From assembly GCA_964016885.1 (NCBI GenBank), contig OZ024740.1, positions 30,628,001 to 30,692,000 of the forward strand: a stretch of 64,000 nucleotides of DNA, written 5' to 3'. Position 1 is the stretch's first letter. Every line of letters starts with the position of its first letter. The notes under the pieces are model-generated. The model did not search any database. It was not told the origin of the DNA and saw nothing but the letters and a program-made list of their open reading frames with translations. This document shows, in pieces, positions 38,896 to 54,629 of this stretch. The stretch is from Eledone cirrhosa (Eukaryota). Made by a program: the position numbers and the translations under genes.

Positions 38896-39301
38896 CCAAA
38901 AGAATAGGTAAATATTTAAATTATATTTTTTAATTTATTTTAAAAAATTGGTTGAATTTTGCTTGTTCTGCTTATCTTAATATTATAGTTCTGGTATGTC
39001 AAATTAATACCATAGAACAACCTTAAATCATAGACAACCTATATATTTCCAAGGGTACTTAGTACCCACGGGCATATTAACTTCTTCTATTATTATCCTC
39101 TGTTATGTTGAGAACAAATCTGTTGTTTCTATTTAGCTGCTATTTTTAGTAACGAGATAGACAACACGTCTATGCTTTTCCCGCTTTCACCTCGGGCAGT
39201 TCACGTACGGGTCATTTTTCGGCCTTTTGGATCTGTGCTAGCTGGCAGATAACAATATATTTTATCGTTCCTGGGTCTTTAGCCCTAGGAAAGGAAAATG
39301 C

Positions 39302-39380
39302 TTCTCTGATGAGCTTTGATTTTCCATTAGAAATCCATTGGATTTCTGGTGTTTTACAAAGCGAAACCGATCGGTAAGGG
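39302..39380 (+). ncRNA. Hammerhead ribozyme (family A); predicted cut after 39376
   Basis: Same motif 485 nt downstream. Confidence 0.85.
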
Positions 39381-39461
39381 CCAAAAGAATAGGTAAATAT
39401 TTAAATTATATTTTTTAATTTATTTAAAAAAATTGGTTGAATTTTGCTTGTTCTGCTTATC

Positions 39462-39553
<92 letters not shown>

Positions 39554-39796
39554 TCGGCCTTTTGGATCTGTGCTAGCTGGCAGATAACAATATATTTTAT
39601 CGTTCCTGGGTCTTTAGCCCTAGGAAAGGAAAATGCTTCTCTGATGAGCTTTGATTTTCCATTAGAAATCCATTGGATTTCTGGTGTTTTACAAAGCGAA
39701 ACCGATCGGTAAGGGCCAAAAGAATAGGTAAATATTTAAATTATATTTTTTAATTTATTTAAAAAAATTGGTTGAATTTTGCTTGTTCTGCTTATC

Positions 39797-39850
<54 letters not shown>

Positions 39851-40093
39851 TCGGCCTTTTGGATCTGTGCTAGCTGGCAGATAACAATATATTTTATCGT
39901 TCCTGGGTCTTTAGCCCTAGGAAAGGAAAATGCTTCTCTGATGAGCTTTGATTTTCCATTAGAAATCCATTGGATTTCTGGTGTTTTACAAAGCGAAACC
40001 GATCGGTAAGGGCCAAAAGAATAGGTAAATATTTAAATTATATTTTTTAATTTATTTAAAAAAATTGGTTGAATTTTGCTTGTTCTGCTTATC

Positions 40094-40159
<66 letters not shown>

Positions 40160-40160
40160 A

Positions 40161-40221
<61 letters not shown>

Positions 40222-40225
<4 letters not shown>

Positions 40226-40758
40226 AAAAAAGGTTTTAAAGCCGAAGGAGTCAAAATTGTTAGTATTATTCACGTTGTTAGATCTCTTTCTATCATAATG
40301 GAATGTCCTCCATCTCACTCTATTGATAAATGAATTTACACTGTTGATCAGCAATTTCTCATATGTATTCCTGGATGGTATTGGTATGTTCTTGGTTGAC
40401 ATGGGGAGTTGGTCTTTGATTAGCATATTGGTAATATTATATGTCAGCTCAACAATATGGAGCAGTTAATAGTATTAATTATACTATTTATGGTTATGTA
40501 AATACAAAAACCTTATGCAGTTATATGTATTTTTTGTACAAACCCTAAAAGCACAATAATGTTTTGAACAGTTCTTTGATTTTTATATTTCATATAACTG
40601 CTCTGTAAATCATCTGATTTTACATTGAGCTACTTAACTTACTGGTAATAAGGTAGTAATTCATTACTGCCTACCACTATTTAGGGTTTGTACAAAAAAT
40701 ACATATAACTGCATAAGGTTTTTGTATTTACATAACCATAAATAGTATAATTAATACT
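40222..40758 (-). mobile_element. 5' end of another Naiad-type PLE with a 78-bp inverted duplication
   Basis: MSTKNIPIPSR...FINRVRWRTFHYD..FGFKT; 40470-40547 inverse of 40681-40758. Confidence 0.75.
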
Positions 40759-40775
40759 ATATATATATATATATA

Positions 40776-40853
<78 letters not shown>

Positions 40854-41335
40854 GTATAGGATTATCCAAGATGCAGTGATGGTTAATTACTACACTGGAT
40901 ATGGTTGACGTACGGTAAGAGGTTACTCTACGAGTTATGGAAGAATTGTTCAAGAAACTTAGTTCCTGATCCTTCAGTATTCCGGAGTGTATATAAAGAA
41001 TGAATAATAACAGGTAGACATCATAAAAAGGTAGTTTATTCCGTGTGCTTACAAGTGTTTCCACGGTGGTACTGCAGCCTAGTTCCGCTACGTGCAATAA
41101 ACTACCTTTTTATGATGTCTACCTGTTATTATTCATTCTTTATATACACTCCGGAATACTGAAGGATCAGGAACTAAGTTTCTTGAACAATTCTTCCATA
41201 ACTCGTAGAGTAACCTCTTACCGTACGTCAACCATATCCAGTGTAGTAATTAACCATCACTGCATCTTGGATAATCCTATACCTAATAATTGTCTCCTAC
41301 ATAGTTGAGCAACCACATCGACACACGGCATTAAT

Positions 41336-43663
41336 ATGGAAAGGCATCATATAGGTATGTCACTTAAAAACATACCTATACCTAACAAAAGGGAATATAT
41401 TCTCAGTATGATTCAACGCAGTAACGACTTCATTCGGCGTGTACGATGGAAAGCTTTCCACTTCGATAAAGGACGCGCCAATCACTCGTCTGAATCATAT
41501 GGTTTTAAATCATGTAAAAACCCACCTACAAACCCTCACCTCGAAGCTTTCGAACAGGACTTATTGAAAACTACCATGAACATTAAGTTCAACAGACATA
41601 GAAATAATGAGCTGCAGAACAACATGAAAGCACTACTCCGAAGATTGCAAAATACCAATGGAATTGTTGTGAAAGCTGACAAGACTTCTAACGTGTATAC
41701 CATGGATATCGATACGTATAATAACTTCATACGCAACGAACTACACAAAAAATATAGAAAAACAAATGAAACTACGCTAGCAAATATTAACAACGAGGCA
41801 TACAAAGTGGTAAAGAATCTCAAGATAGACGATAGAACCGAGCCGATTATACCCGCTACCCCCACCTTCAACCTGAAGGACCATAAGGTAAATTTTGACT
41901 CTAACCCTAAGATTAGACTTATATGCCCTTCTAAATCAGACATAGGGAAAATTAGTAAACATATACTTGACAGAGTAATAACTCAAGTGAAAAAGAAAAT
42001 TGAAATTAAATTATGGGGCAACACTAGCGAAGCAATTCGCTGGTTTAATAATGTTAAGAATAAGAATAAATCTAAGTTTATACAATTTGACATAGACGAA
42101 TACTACTCTTCCATCTCACCAAACACTTTACGTAAGGCCCTATCGTTTGCTAAGGCCAATTCCGACCTAACGGAGGAAGAAATTAATATTATTCTCGAGG
42201 CTAGAAAGACCATTATTAAGTTCGATAACTGCTACTGGGAACGTAAGGACAGACCCACAAATTTCGATATTACCATGGGTTCCAACGACTCGGCGGAGGT
42301 CACGGATCTCGTGGGAATTTACATAGCCCACATATTACATAGTAGATTTAGTAATCTACAGGGGGGGATATATAGAGATGACGGGCTCTTATTAGTTAAT
42401 AACTTGAATAACCAAAATCTTGAAAGGCTACGGAAAAATATTAGAAAATCTTTTAGTGAACTGGGCCTAAAAATAACATATGAATACAATCTTAAGGTAG
42501 TAAACTTTCTGGACGTAACTCTTAATTTAAATACCGGACAGATACGACCCTTCCACAAGGTAAATGAGAACCTTACGTATATTAACTTTAACTCTAACCA
42601 CCCACTCTCCATGATCAAATCAGTTCCCCGGAGTATTTCTCTTAGAATCTCTCGCCTATCGTCTAACTCTGATATTTTTAGCGAACATGCTGAATACTAC
42701 AATAATGCATTAAGGAATGCTGACCACCGGGATATAATAGAATACATCGATAGTAATTTCCACAACACACATAGCTCTACACGTAATCAAGGTATACGTA
42801 ACCGGGGGACTAAAACACAAGCACACACACACTATACTACCAGACATACTAATAATAGAAGTTCACCACCAAATAAATCACGTTGTAGAAAGTATATCTG
42901 GTATAATCCTATTTTTAATGCCTCGATTAGTACAAAACTATCTCTTTCATTCTTTAAATTAATCAATAAACACTTCCCTAGTTCCCATAAGTACAGCAAA
43001 ATTCTGAACTCCAAAACTATTAGACTATCATACTCCACGGCACCAAACCTTGAAGCATACATAAAAAAACTTAACTTAAGGCAATTAAACAACTCTACAA
43101 AACAAAACATTTTAGTAACAGGTGGGCAGAACGCAATATCTGCCTCCCAACCACTAAATGGGAGACGGATATTGCACAACCCACCTGTACCGCTATCACA
43201 ACCTATCCATGGTATACCCGCTACCCACAACAAAGCATGTAACTGCCATCTACCTGAAAGATGTCCATTGCAGAATGAATGCCTAAAGTCCAACATTGTT
43301 TACCAATGCACGGTTGAATCGGACGACCAGAAATGGTATTATATCGGATCTACCACCACATCGTTTAAATCTCGCTGGTACCGTCATCGATTCTCAATCA
43401 AACATCAGAATCACCGTTTTGTGACCACGCTCGCCAACAAGACCTGGCAACTCCGTGAACACAACCAACAGTTCACCTTAAAATGGGATATACTTTCCAG
43501 CGCAAATGCATATCGGAGTGGTTTGAAGTACTGCAGGTTATGTAACCTTGAGCTATTTTACATACTAAAATCCAAAAACAAACTACTTAACGATAGAATT
43601 GAACGATCATTATACTGCAACCACAAACTAAAACCTAAATTCTCTCACTATAAAATAACTTAA
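41336..43663 (+). CDS. PLE reverse transcriptase + C-terminal GIY-YIG endonuclease, 775 aa, intact
   Basis: KNIPIP, ADKT, RLICP, QFDIDEYY, MGS, GIYRDDG, FLDV, SNHP, CNCx5Cx5C, VYQC..YIGST..FKSRW..H, CRLC. Confidence 0.95.
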   Translation: MERHHIGMSLKNIPIPNKREYILSMIQRSNDFIRRVRWKAFHFDKGRANHSSESYGFKSCKNPPTNPHLEAFEQDLLKTTMNIKFNRHRNNELQNNMKALLRRLQNTNGIVVKADKTSNVYTMDIDTYNNFIRNELHKKYRKTNETTLANINNEAYKVVKNLKIDDRTEPIIPATPTFNLKDHKVNFDSNPKIRLICPSKSDIGKISKHILDRVITQVKKKIEIKLWGNTSEAIRWFNNVKNKNKSKFIQFDIDEYYSSISPNTLRKALSFAKANSDLTEEEINIILEARKTIIKFDNCYWERKDRPTNFDITMGSNDSAEVTDLVGIYIAHILHSRFSNLQGGIYRDDGLLLVNNLNNQNLERLRKNIRKSFSELGLKITYEYNLKVVNFLDVTLNLNTGQIRPFHKVNENLTYINFNSNHPLSMIKSVPRSISLRISRLSSNSDIFSEHAEYYNNALRNADHRDIIEYIDSNFHNTHSSTRNQGIRNRGTKTQAHTHYTTRHTNNRSSPPNKSRCRKYIWYNPIFNASISTKLSLSFFKLINKHFPSSHKYSKILNSKTIRLSYSTAPNLEAYIKKLNLRQLNNSTKQNILVTGGQNAISASQPLNGRRILHNPPVPLSQPIHGIPATHNKACNCHLPERCPLQNECLKSNIVYQCTVESDDQKWYYIGSTTTSFKSRWYRHRFSIKHQNHRFVTTLANKTWQLREHNQQFTLKWDILSSANAYRSGLKYCRLCNLELFYILKSKNKLLNDRIERSLYCNHKLKPKFSHYKIT

Positions 43664-44156
43664 CATTCGAACCCGTAACTACAACACCACTTTCTAGCTA
43701 ACAACCTTCTCTTCTCCCCCACACTACAAGACAATACACTGCTTATCACTATACATGGTAACTCAGTACAATTCCTAGATTACTACTACAAAACCAAAAG
43801 TTCACTCACCACATATACTTTATCTGTCCCCTCTCTACCTATATATCTCTCTCTACATCCATTACACTCTCTCTCTCTCACCTTCGACCTACCTCCCTCT
43901 CAACATCTATGAACTTGACCTCTGGGGCAATAAATAATTCCGACCTCAACTATCTACGCATCTCTCCAAAAGTAACTAATAAAACCCCTACCATAACATT
44001 TTGATTAAGATATCTACAAGCCACTCTCTCCTACTTCTCCAACCCCTGCATATCTTTCCTTCTCTCTCCATCTTCCCTACTTTTCTCTCTTCCTGTTCCA
44101 CTCTATCTTCCCCAACAACCCCACTTAAGGGTTTTTACATTGTATATTTACCATTC

Positions 44157-44268
44157 TGCTCTGAGGAAACAGTGGTCACAGCATTGGATATTCGAGTTCT
44201 GCAAATACTTGTGAATTTGCACGTAGCGGAACTAGGCTGCAGTACCACCGTGGAAACACTTGTAAGCA
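44157..44268 (+). ncRNA. Hammerhead ribozyme with ~85-nt stem II; predicted cut after 44264
   Basis: tgct-CTGAGGA-a-acagtggt...accaccgt-g-GAAAC-actt-GTA-agca. Confidence 0.75.
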
Positions 44269-44315
44269 CACGGAATAAACTACCTTTTTATGATGTCTAC
44301 CTGTTATTATTCATT

Positions 44316-44404
<89 letters not shown>

Positions 44405-44538
44405 CACATATATATATGTGTGTATGTGTGTGTGTATGTATATGTGCGTGTATATGTATGTGTATGTGCGTATATGTGTGTGTGTGTGTGTATGTATATA
44501 TGTATGTATGTATGTATGTGTATATATATATATATGTA

Positions 44539-44620
<82 letters not shown>

Positions 44621-44639
44621 GTATGTTTATATATATATA

Positions 44640-45156
44640 CTAGCAAATGACCCCCGTCCATTGGACGGTGTCAGTTCTTGGTAGGGCTGCAATGTTAATG
44701 GTCAATTTTCGTGTTGTATGTTTAACTTGGAGGATAATTTTACCTGATCAACTCTTTCAATAAAAAAAATGAGACGGTATTCAAAAAGAGCAACTTTTAT
44801 TTACAGATATGTGTCATTAAAATGTGAACATAGAGAAATGTATCGTTAGCCGTGTCGGTTGAACAATGTGTAATTTTAAAACATCCATCATGTACACACA
44901 CACACACACAAACATGCACACACATACACACAAACACACACACATACACACACATACATACGCACACAATCCCAAGACGTGACGTTGTGGAAGGGGGAGA
45001 GTTAAGGAGTGTAATAAATAAGTTAAAATTATAAACGCTGTATTTATCATATTCGCGTCACACACACTCCTCTCTTTCTTTATTTTACTCTCTCTCTCTC
45101 ACTCCTCTCTTTCTATCTCCCTCTCACACATCCTTCTCTCTCTGGCCGTTATGGAA

Positions 45157-45192
<36 letters not shown>

Positions 45193-45535
45193 CACGCACA
45201 CATACACACACAAACACATACATACACATATACACACGCACATACGCATACAATCCCATAACGTCGTGTTGTGGAAGGGGGAGAGTTAAGAAGTGTGTAA
45301 AAGGAACGCTCTCTCTCTCTTTATGGCCGTCATGGAATTTGTTAGTGCAAAAGTCTATAAGATTATAAAATCGAAGTTTGTGACTTCGAAATTAATCATT
45401 ATGAAATAATTTTTTCTTGATGTTACAAACGGTAGCCTATTTTGGCTATGTGTTTAATTTGACAGAGATCGATGGAATATTTTCCAAGTGAAACTCTTTT
45501 ACACACACACACAGAACGGGAATTATATATATAGA
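44640..45535 (-). mobile_element. Non-autonomous Helitron
   Basis: Minus strand starts TCTATATATATAA and ends with hairpin ccgtcca/tggacgg then CTAG; inserted between A and T. Confidence 0.7.
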
Positions 45536-45613
45536 TATATATGTGTGTATGTATATGTATGTATATGTGTATGTGTATATATGTGTATATGTATATACAC
45601 ATATATACACATA

Positions 45614-46024
45614 CGGGAGAGATGACCCCTTAGACTTTGTCAAGGCAGAATTCTAGGAGAAGGAAAACTCTGATATAACACCTGCAACCCTGATAGTATC
45701 CAATGATGTTGACTTGTTCTTCTTTTTGGTAAATATCATCTTGGTTAAGAGAGTGGGACTGGCTTTGTGCAGTGCCTTTGCTCACTATAAAAGCTTCACG
45801 GCACAGGTATTGCTTTATATCTGGAGATCTCTCTGCACTTGTCGTCACATGGTACCATGCGCCCAGCACTATGTGTCAATAATTGTTACAAGTGTAGTGT
45901 TTGTACCAGAGTTTTCATGTCGCAGGCTGGACTAAAAAGTCACACTCGTTCAGCGCATCGGTAGGGGTTCTCCTACATGGATATAAAGTAGTGGCCGTAC
46001 TCGAAAACGAGTTGGCAGCCACCA
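45614..46024 (+). mobile_element. Third copy of the RTE derivative
   Basis: Same 3' end gcagccacc|atgt, further 5'-truncated. Confidence 0.75.
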
Positions 46025-46082
46025 TGTATATATATATATATGTGTGTATGTGTGTGTGTATGTATATGTGTATATATATATA

Positions 46083-46135
<53 letters not shown>

Positions 46136-46228
46136 ATATGTATATATGTATGTGTGTATGTATGTATATATATATGTATATGTATGTGTATATGTATGTG
46201 TATGTATGTATATATATATGTATATATA

Positions 46229-46285
<57 letters not shown>

Positions 46286-46756
46286 ATGTGTATGTGGGTG
46301 GGTCTATGGGTGCGCGTGAGTGTGTGAGTGAGTGTGTTTTGTGAATGTGTCTGTTGATTTTGGCATATAGTTGAATAGTTTAAGAGAAATTTGAGGACAA
46401 TTGTAAGATATGTACTCAATATTTTGAATCTGTCTACAGAATTCTCTAAAACCTTTGTCACTTAGTAAAGAATTTAGCCTTTAAAGAATCTCCCTTTCCT
46501 TTAAATCTATCTACCATGACTGACCCCCTCTGATTTTATAGACACCTGTTAGCTTAATAAGGATTGGCATGCCATCCTGAATCTGTTTATAGAATTCTTT
46601 CTGCCTTTGTTACTCTAAAAATAAAAATAAACTATAGCTTTGTAGAATTAGCTTTTAATGAATTCTATCAACCAATGACCTACACCCACCCCACTCCCCA
46701 CCCTCTCCTACCACTTGTAGAGACCTATATATACCATAATTATTTTTTGAAACCCA

Positions 46757-46805
46757 GATTCCTGATGATTTCTAAAGAATGAAACAGTTCTAGTCCTGTA
46801 GAATC
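46757..46805 (+). ncRNA. Hammerhead ribozyme with a full stem III; predicted cut after 46800
   Basis: gattc-CTGATGA-t-ttc-taaa-gaa-t-GAAACAG-ttctagtc-CTGTA-gaatc. Confidence 0.85.
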
Positions 46806-46842
46806 TCATCTATATTAAAACTATATATATATATATATATAT

Positions 46843-50180
<3,338 letters not shown>

Positions 50181-50762
50181 AAAAAAAATAAGACTCCAGT
50201 TGCATTTTCGATTTCATCTCTTTTTCTTTATACTTTCACTCGTGTAGGACACCTCGGTTATTTTCATTTTGTAAAAAAACCTCACTTTCTAATATATATA
50301 TATATATATATATACACAAACATATCACAAAGATTAAATAACTGCACAAAGTACTGCGCAAGCATCTGACGAAGTCACATGAATAATCATGTAACAGAAT
50401 ATATATGATACAATAATCAATTATGCTGATTAAATCTCGTCTTAACTACCATTATTTGATAAATGATACCCCATTACTCAATATCACCTAGCTAGGATAA
50501 ACTACTGACGTGTAGAGCTTAGCATTTGGAAGTTGCTACGTAACAACTAAGATAAGAACACTCTTGTACAACATACACACACACACACACACACAGATAT
50601 ATGTATATATGTGTGTGTATATATTATGTACATATATACATATATGTATATATATATATATATATATGTATATATCTATATATGTGTAAATATATATATA
50701 TATTCGTTTGTTTGACCTGTCCACGCCTTGAACTATATATATATATACATATATATATATAC

Positions 50763-50809
<47 letters not shown>

Positions 50810-50905
50810 CATATATATATACATATATATACATATATACACACATATATATATATACATATACATATACATATATATATATATATGTGTGTGTGTATGT
50901 GTGTG

Positions 50906-50988
<83 letters not shown>

Positions 50989-51115
50989 ATATATATGTGT
51001 GTGTGTATATATATGTGTGTGTGTATATATATATGTGTGTGTATATATATATGTATATATATATATATATATATACATGTATATATATATGTGTATATAT
51101 ATATATATATACATG

Positions 51116-51206
<91 letters not shown>

Positions 51207-51398
51207 GTATATATAATACATATATATACATAATTGTTTCTACTTTTGGCACAAGGCGAGCAATTATTCCAGTGTATTACTGGTACTTTATTTATCGACC
51301 CCGTCGGCCAACCGAACTAGAAACTGCTAAATGTGTGTCCGCCTTCTTGTCTCTCTGCCTTTTCAGCCTCATGGATTATATTCCTTTGTTAAATTCGA

Positions 51399-51456
51399 AT
51401 ACCTGATGATGTCACCGGATTCATAGTGAACCCGATCATTGAAATGTTCATAGTAT
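51399..51456 (+). ncRNA. Hammerhead ribozyme, base of stem II weak
   Basis: atac-CTGATGA-...cgg-a-ttca-tag-tgaa-c-ccg..-GAAATG-tt-CATA-gtat. Confidence 0.65.
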
Positions 51457-51627
51457 AATAAACCTTTAAGGAATTACACCAGTCCAGCCTCCTGTTATTT
51501 TATATATATATATATATATATTGGAAAATGTGTGAGATCTTTGGTACAGTTAGGCATATTTTAAAAAAAGGAAAAGAATGACTTCACTTGTAGTGCTAAA
51601 TAATTTGATTTAACTTTATAATATTAT

Positions 51628-51813
51628 AATTGCTTCTACTTTTGGCACAAGGCCAGCAATTAACCAGTGCATTACTGGTACTTTATTTTATCGACCCGTA
51701 AGGATGAAAGGCAAAGTTAACCTCGGCGGGATTTGAACACAGAATGGCAAGGGCCGTAACTCTATGCGTCAAAGCATGGCGTCCGACCTTCTACCGACAC
51801 TGCCAATCCACCG
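51628..51813 (-). mobile_element. Nin-domain SINE
   Basis: Same family; other pieces at 51231-51303 and 52229-52388. Confidence 0.8.
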
Positions 51814-53281
51814 ATTTAACTTTATAATATAATATTTATAATATAATATTATGAATTGGTAGATCTAGTAAGTTCTTTGTTAACTTCGGTGGAAGAATTT
51901 TAAAGATTCCTGGTTAACTTCTTTGGAAAACTTTCTCGCATTCGTCGGTGGTGATTGTCAAACTGAGATCAGGTTGTGTTGTGATGTATGACTATATATA
52001 AGAGAGATTTGGGTGTGGGTGTGGTGTTAATGAGTGTTGATGAAGATTTAAAGGAATTCAAGCATACAGGCATACACACGCGCGCGCGCGTGCACACATA
52101 CACACATACATACATATATACACACAGAAAATGAGGAAGGTTGACCACCAAGATAAGGGTGTTTAAGAAAGTAGTTGTAAAAATCACCTCCTGCTGGTTT
52201 TATTTCAATAGATGACCTTTAATAAATATAATTGTTTCTACTATTGGAACAAGGCCAGCAATTATCCCAGTGTATTACTGATACTTTATTTTATCGACCC
52301 CGTAAGGATGAAAGGTAAAGTTAACCTCGGCGGGATTTGAACTCAGACCATAAAGGGCCGTAACTCTGCAAAGCATATCGTCCGACCTTTGCAGAGTTTC
52401 GGCCTTTGATAAATATAATGGCAGGATGTTTTTTAAATTCGTTTCTTATAGCTGAATTAACTCTCTTAAATTTATAAAGAATATCTTCTACAAATTTCTA
52501 TATCAAAATGAATTTAGGTGCGTGTCTGGTGGTAGTGGAGGGGGAGGGGGGGGTTATGGGGTGTAAGAAAGAAGGATAGTTTGGGAACATTTGTCAGAAA
52601 TGTATGTTGTTGATATTGGTTTGGGCGAGGAAGGTTGGGGGAGGGGACATGCTAGCTCACATATTCACTTCCCTATATGTAAATATATTTACAGTCCATA
52701 TATATTACATACACACACAAATACACACACATATATATCTACACACACACACATATATATACACATATACACATATATATACACACATATATATATATAC
52801 ACATATATACACACACATACATACGCATATACATACACATACATATATATATACACCTACATATATACATACATACATTCACCCACACACACATGTACAT
52901 ACATACGTATACACATAAACATACACACAAACACATATATATCTCACATACATGCACGTTCATACACACACATATATATATACACACACACATATGCACA
53001 CATACATATACACATGTTCACGCATATCTGTACACCCACAGGCATATACAAACACATCTATACACACATATATGTACACATCTACTCAAGTAAAGTTCAC
53101 ATATACATTGGTGTGAGTAAGGGGAATTAATGAACTGTTATTGTACCTCTGGGGGTTTTTCTTATCTTCAGCGATCGAATGTTTGAAAGTACGGGTGTCA
53201 TCAACTATTTTTCTTTTTCAATATGAGATTTTTTTAAAGAAAAGAGAGAGGAGAAGAATCCTGTTACTTGAAGATGGAATA

Positions 53282-54045
53282 TCACTTTTTTGTGTTCAGT
53301 AGTGGTTTGTCTTTTCTAATAAAGAATTCTTCTTTATATTTTCGGAAATATTTGTTGTCCGACCACATCTTAAAGAAGGGGGAAATTATGAAATTTCCCT
53401 TTCCGCATGTTGCGAAGTGTTCACTGCATGTGGTGTTTCTGACAGAGGGGTCTCTAATTTGTTGTTTATGTACTCGAACTCTGTCATGTAGACCCGTTCC
53501 GGTTTCACCAATGTAGTATTCTTTAGATTGTGGGCAGGTTGCACAGTAAATCAAGTTTTTCGTTTTGCAATTCATGTTTGCATTAACTGTGAAAGACTGG
53601 TTGTTTTTAAAGGAGATTTGTCCACCCTCTTCAATGTGTTCGCAAGTTCCGCATCGAGGGACCCCGCATTTCTTAACTTTGGTGCCCATGGCCATTCCTT
53701 TTATTTGTAAATATAGTTCATTATCAAAAAGGAAGTGGTTGTTCTCCAGTACTAGTTTGAGTCCTTCCCAAATAAATTTTTGGGGGAATCTCTCTGAAAT
53801 GTAGTCTGGGTGTTTTGTAATCCAGAAGTCAACAGCTTCAACTCCTAAGTCGTGTGGGATGTTAGTGTATAAGCTTGTTACGTCAAAGCTGACTAAGATT
53901 GTTTCTTGGTGTACTTTCTGGGGGATATAGTTCAGGAATTCCATATCATCTCTGATGAAGCTTGGCACTTTTTTACATAAGGGTTTCAGTATGATGTCTA
54001 ATAGGTTGCTTAGACGTTGTGTGCTTGAGGCTGGACCAGCAACAA
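53282..54045 (-). pseudogene. Neptune-like PLE fragment with in-frame internal deletion
   Basis: SFDVTSLY..GMAMGTK fused directly to KKCGVPRCGTC..LIYCATC..YYIGET; the YxDD region is missing. Confidence 0.88.
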
Positions 54046-54079
54046 TTGCGTGTGTGTGTGTATGCGTGCGTATATACAC

Positions 54080-54128
<49 letters not shown>

Positions 54129-54629
54129 TCTGTGTGCATGTATGCGTATATTTATGTGTGTGTGGATACATGGATATGTGTGTATGCTTCTAGGCGTACA
54201 TGTGTGAACGTAAGCACACAAGCTACTCTGTATGTATCTCTGTGTGTGTGTGTGTGTGCGCGCGCGCGGGGAGTGTGAGCTGGCAAACAGCAGTAATTTT
54301 GCCGACGGGACAGTGGGTGAGTGACAGCTCACGCCCTGATGGTCAGTGGGCTGCTACTAGTGGTCAGAATAATGATGACGTCACTAACCAGTGACCAACC
54401 CAAAGACGCGCAAAGCGGATGAAGGTGGACGATATAGACCCGTAGGGTCAGAAACCCCAGAAAGAGGATATGCTCCGAAATCAATAGATGAGTCCGAGGA
54501 ACCTGCGAGTCTAGAGTCAGGTAGATCCACACATGGAACGCACCTCGAGCTGTTCGTCGGGGAAACAATTGTAACACAATAAATTGAATTCCGATGCATC
54601 ACTGATTTTTCGTTTTCCATTCTAAATAT

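Larger units (their letters stand above)
38730..40097 (+). mobile_element. HHR family A tandem locus: 1.5 units (period 485) plus two 250-bp partial copies separated by (TA)n
   Basis: Four intact hammerheads at 38817-38895, 39302-39380, 39637-39715 and 39934-40012. Confidence 0.9.
40849..44318 (+). mobile_element. Complete Naiad-type PLE: inverted pseudo-LTR, 5' UTR, ORF, 3' UTR with HHR, (TA)n on both sides
   Basis: 40849-41097 inverted; 41096-41140 repeated at 44274-44318. Confidence 0.93.

Noticed and set aside
38730-40097. CRISPR-like repeat-spacer array
   Set aside because: Repeats are 250-485 bp, the spacers are (TA)n, the context is eukaryotic and there are no cas genes.
41336-43663. 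Selenoprotein (UGA/SECIS) form reported for some Naiad PLEs
   Set aside because: No in-frame TGA in this ORF and no SECIS-like motif seen; the stops in the 62901 copy are TAA and TAG.
50362-50412. Additional degenerate hammerheads (also about 6215-6305-, 16190-16225-, 29124-29150+, 40580-40620-)
   Set aside because: Core, GAAA or stem I is broken; plausible relics but not supportable individually.
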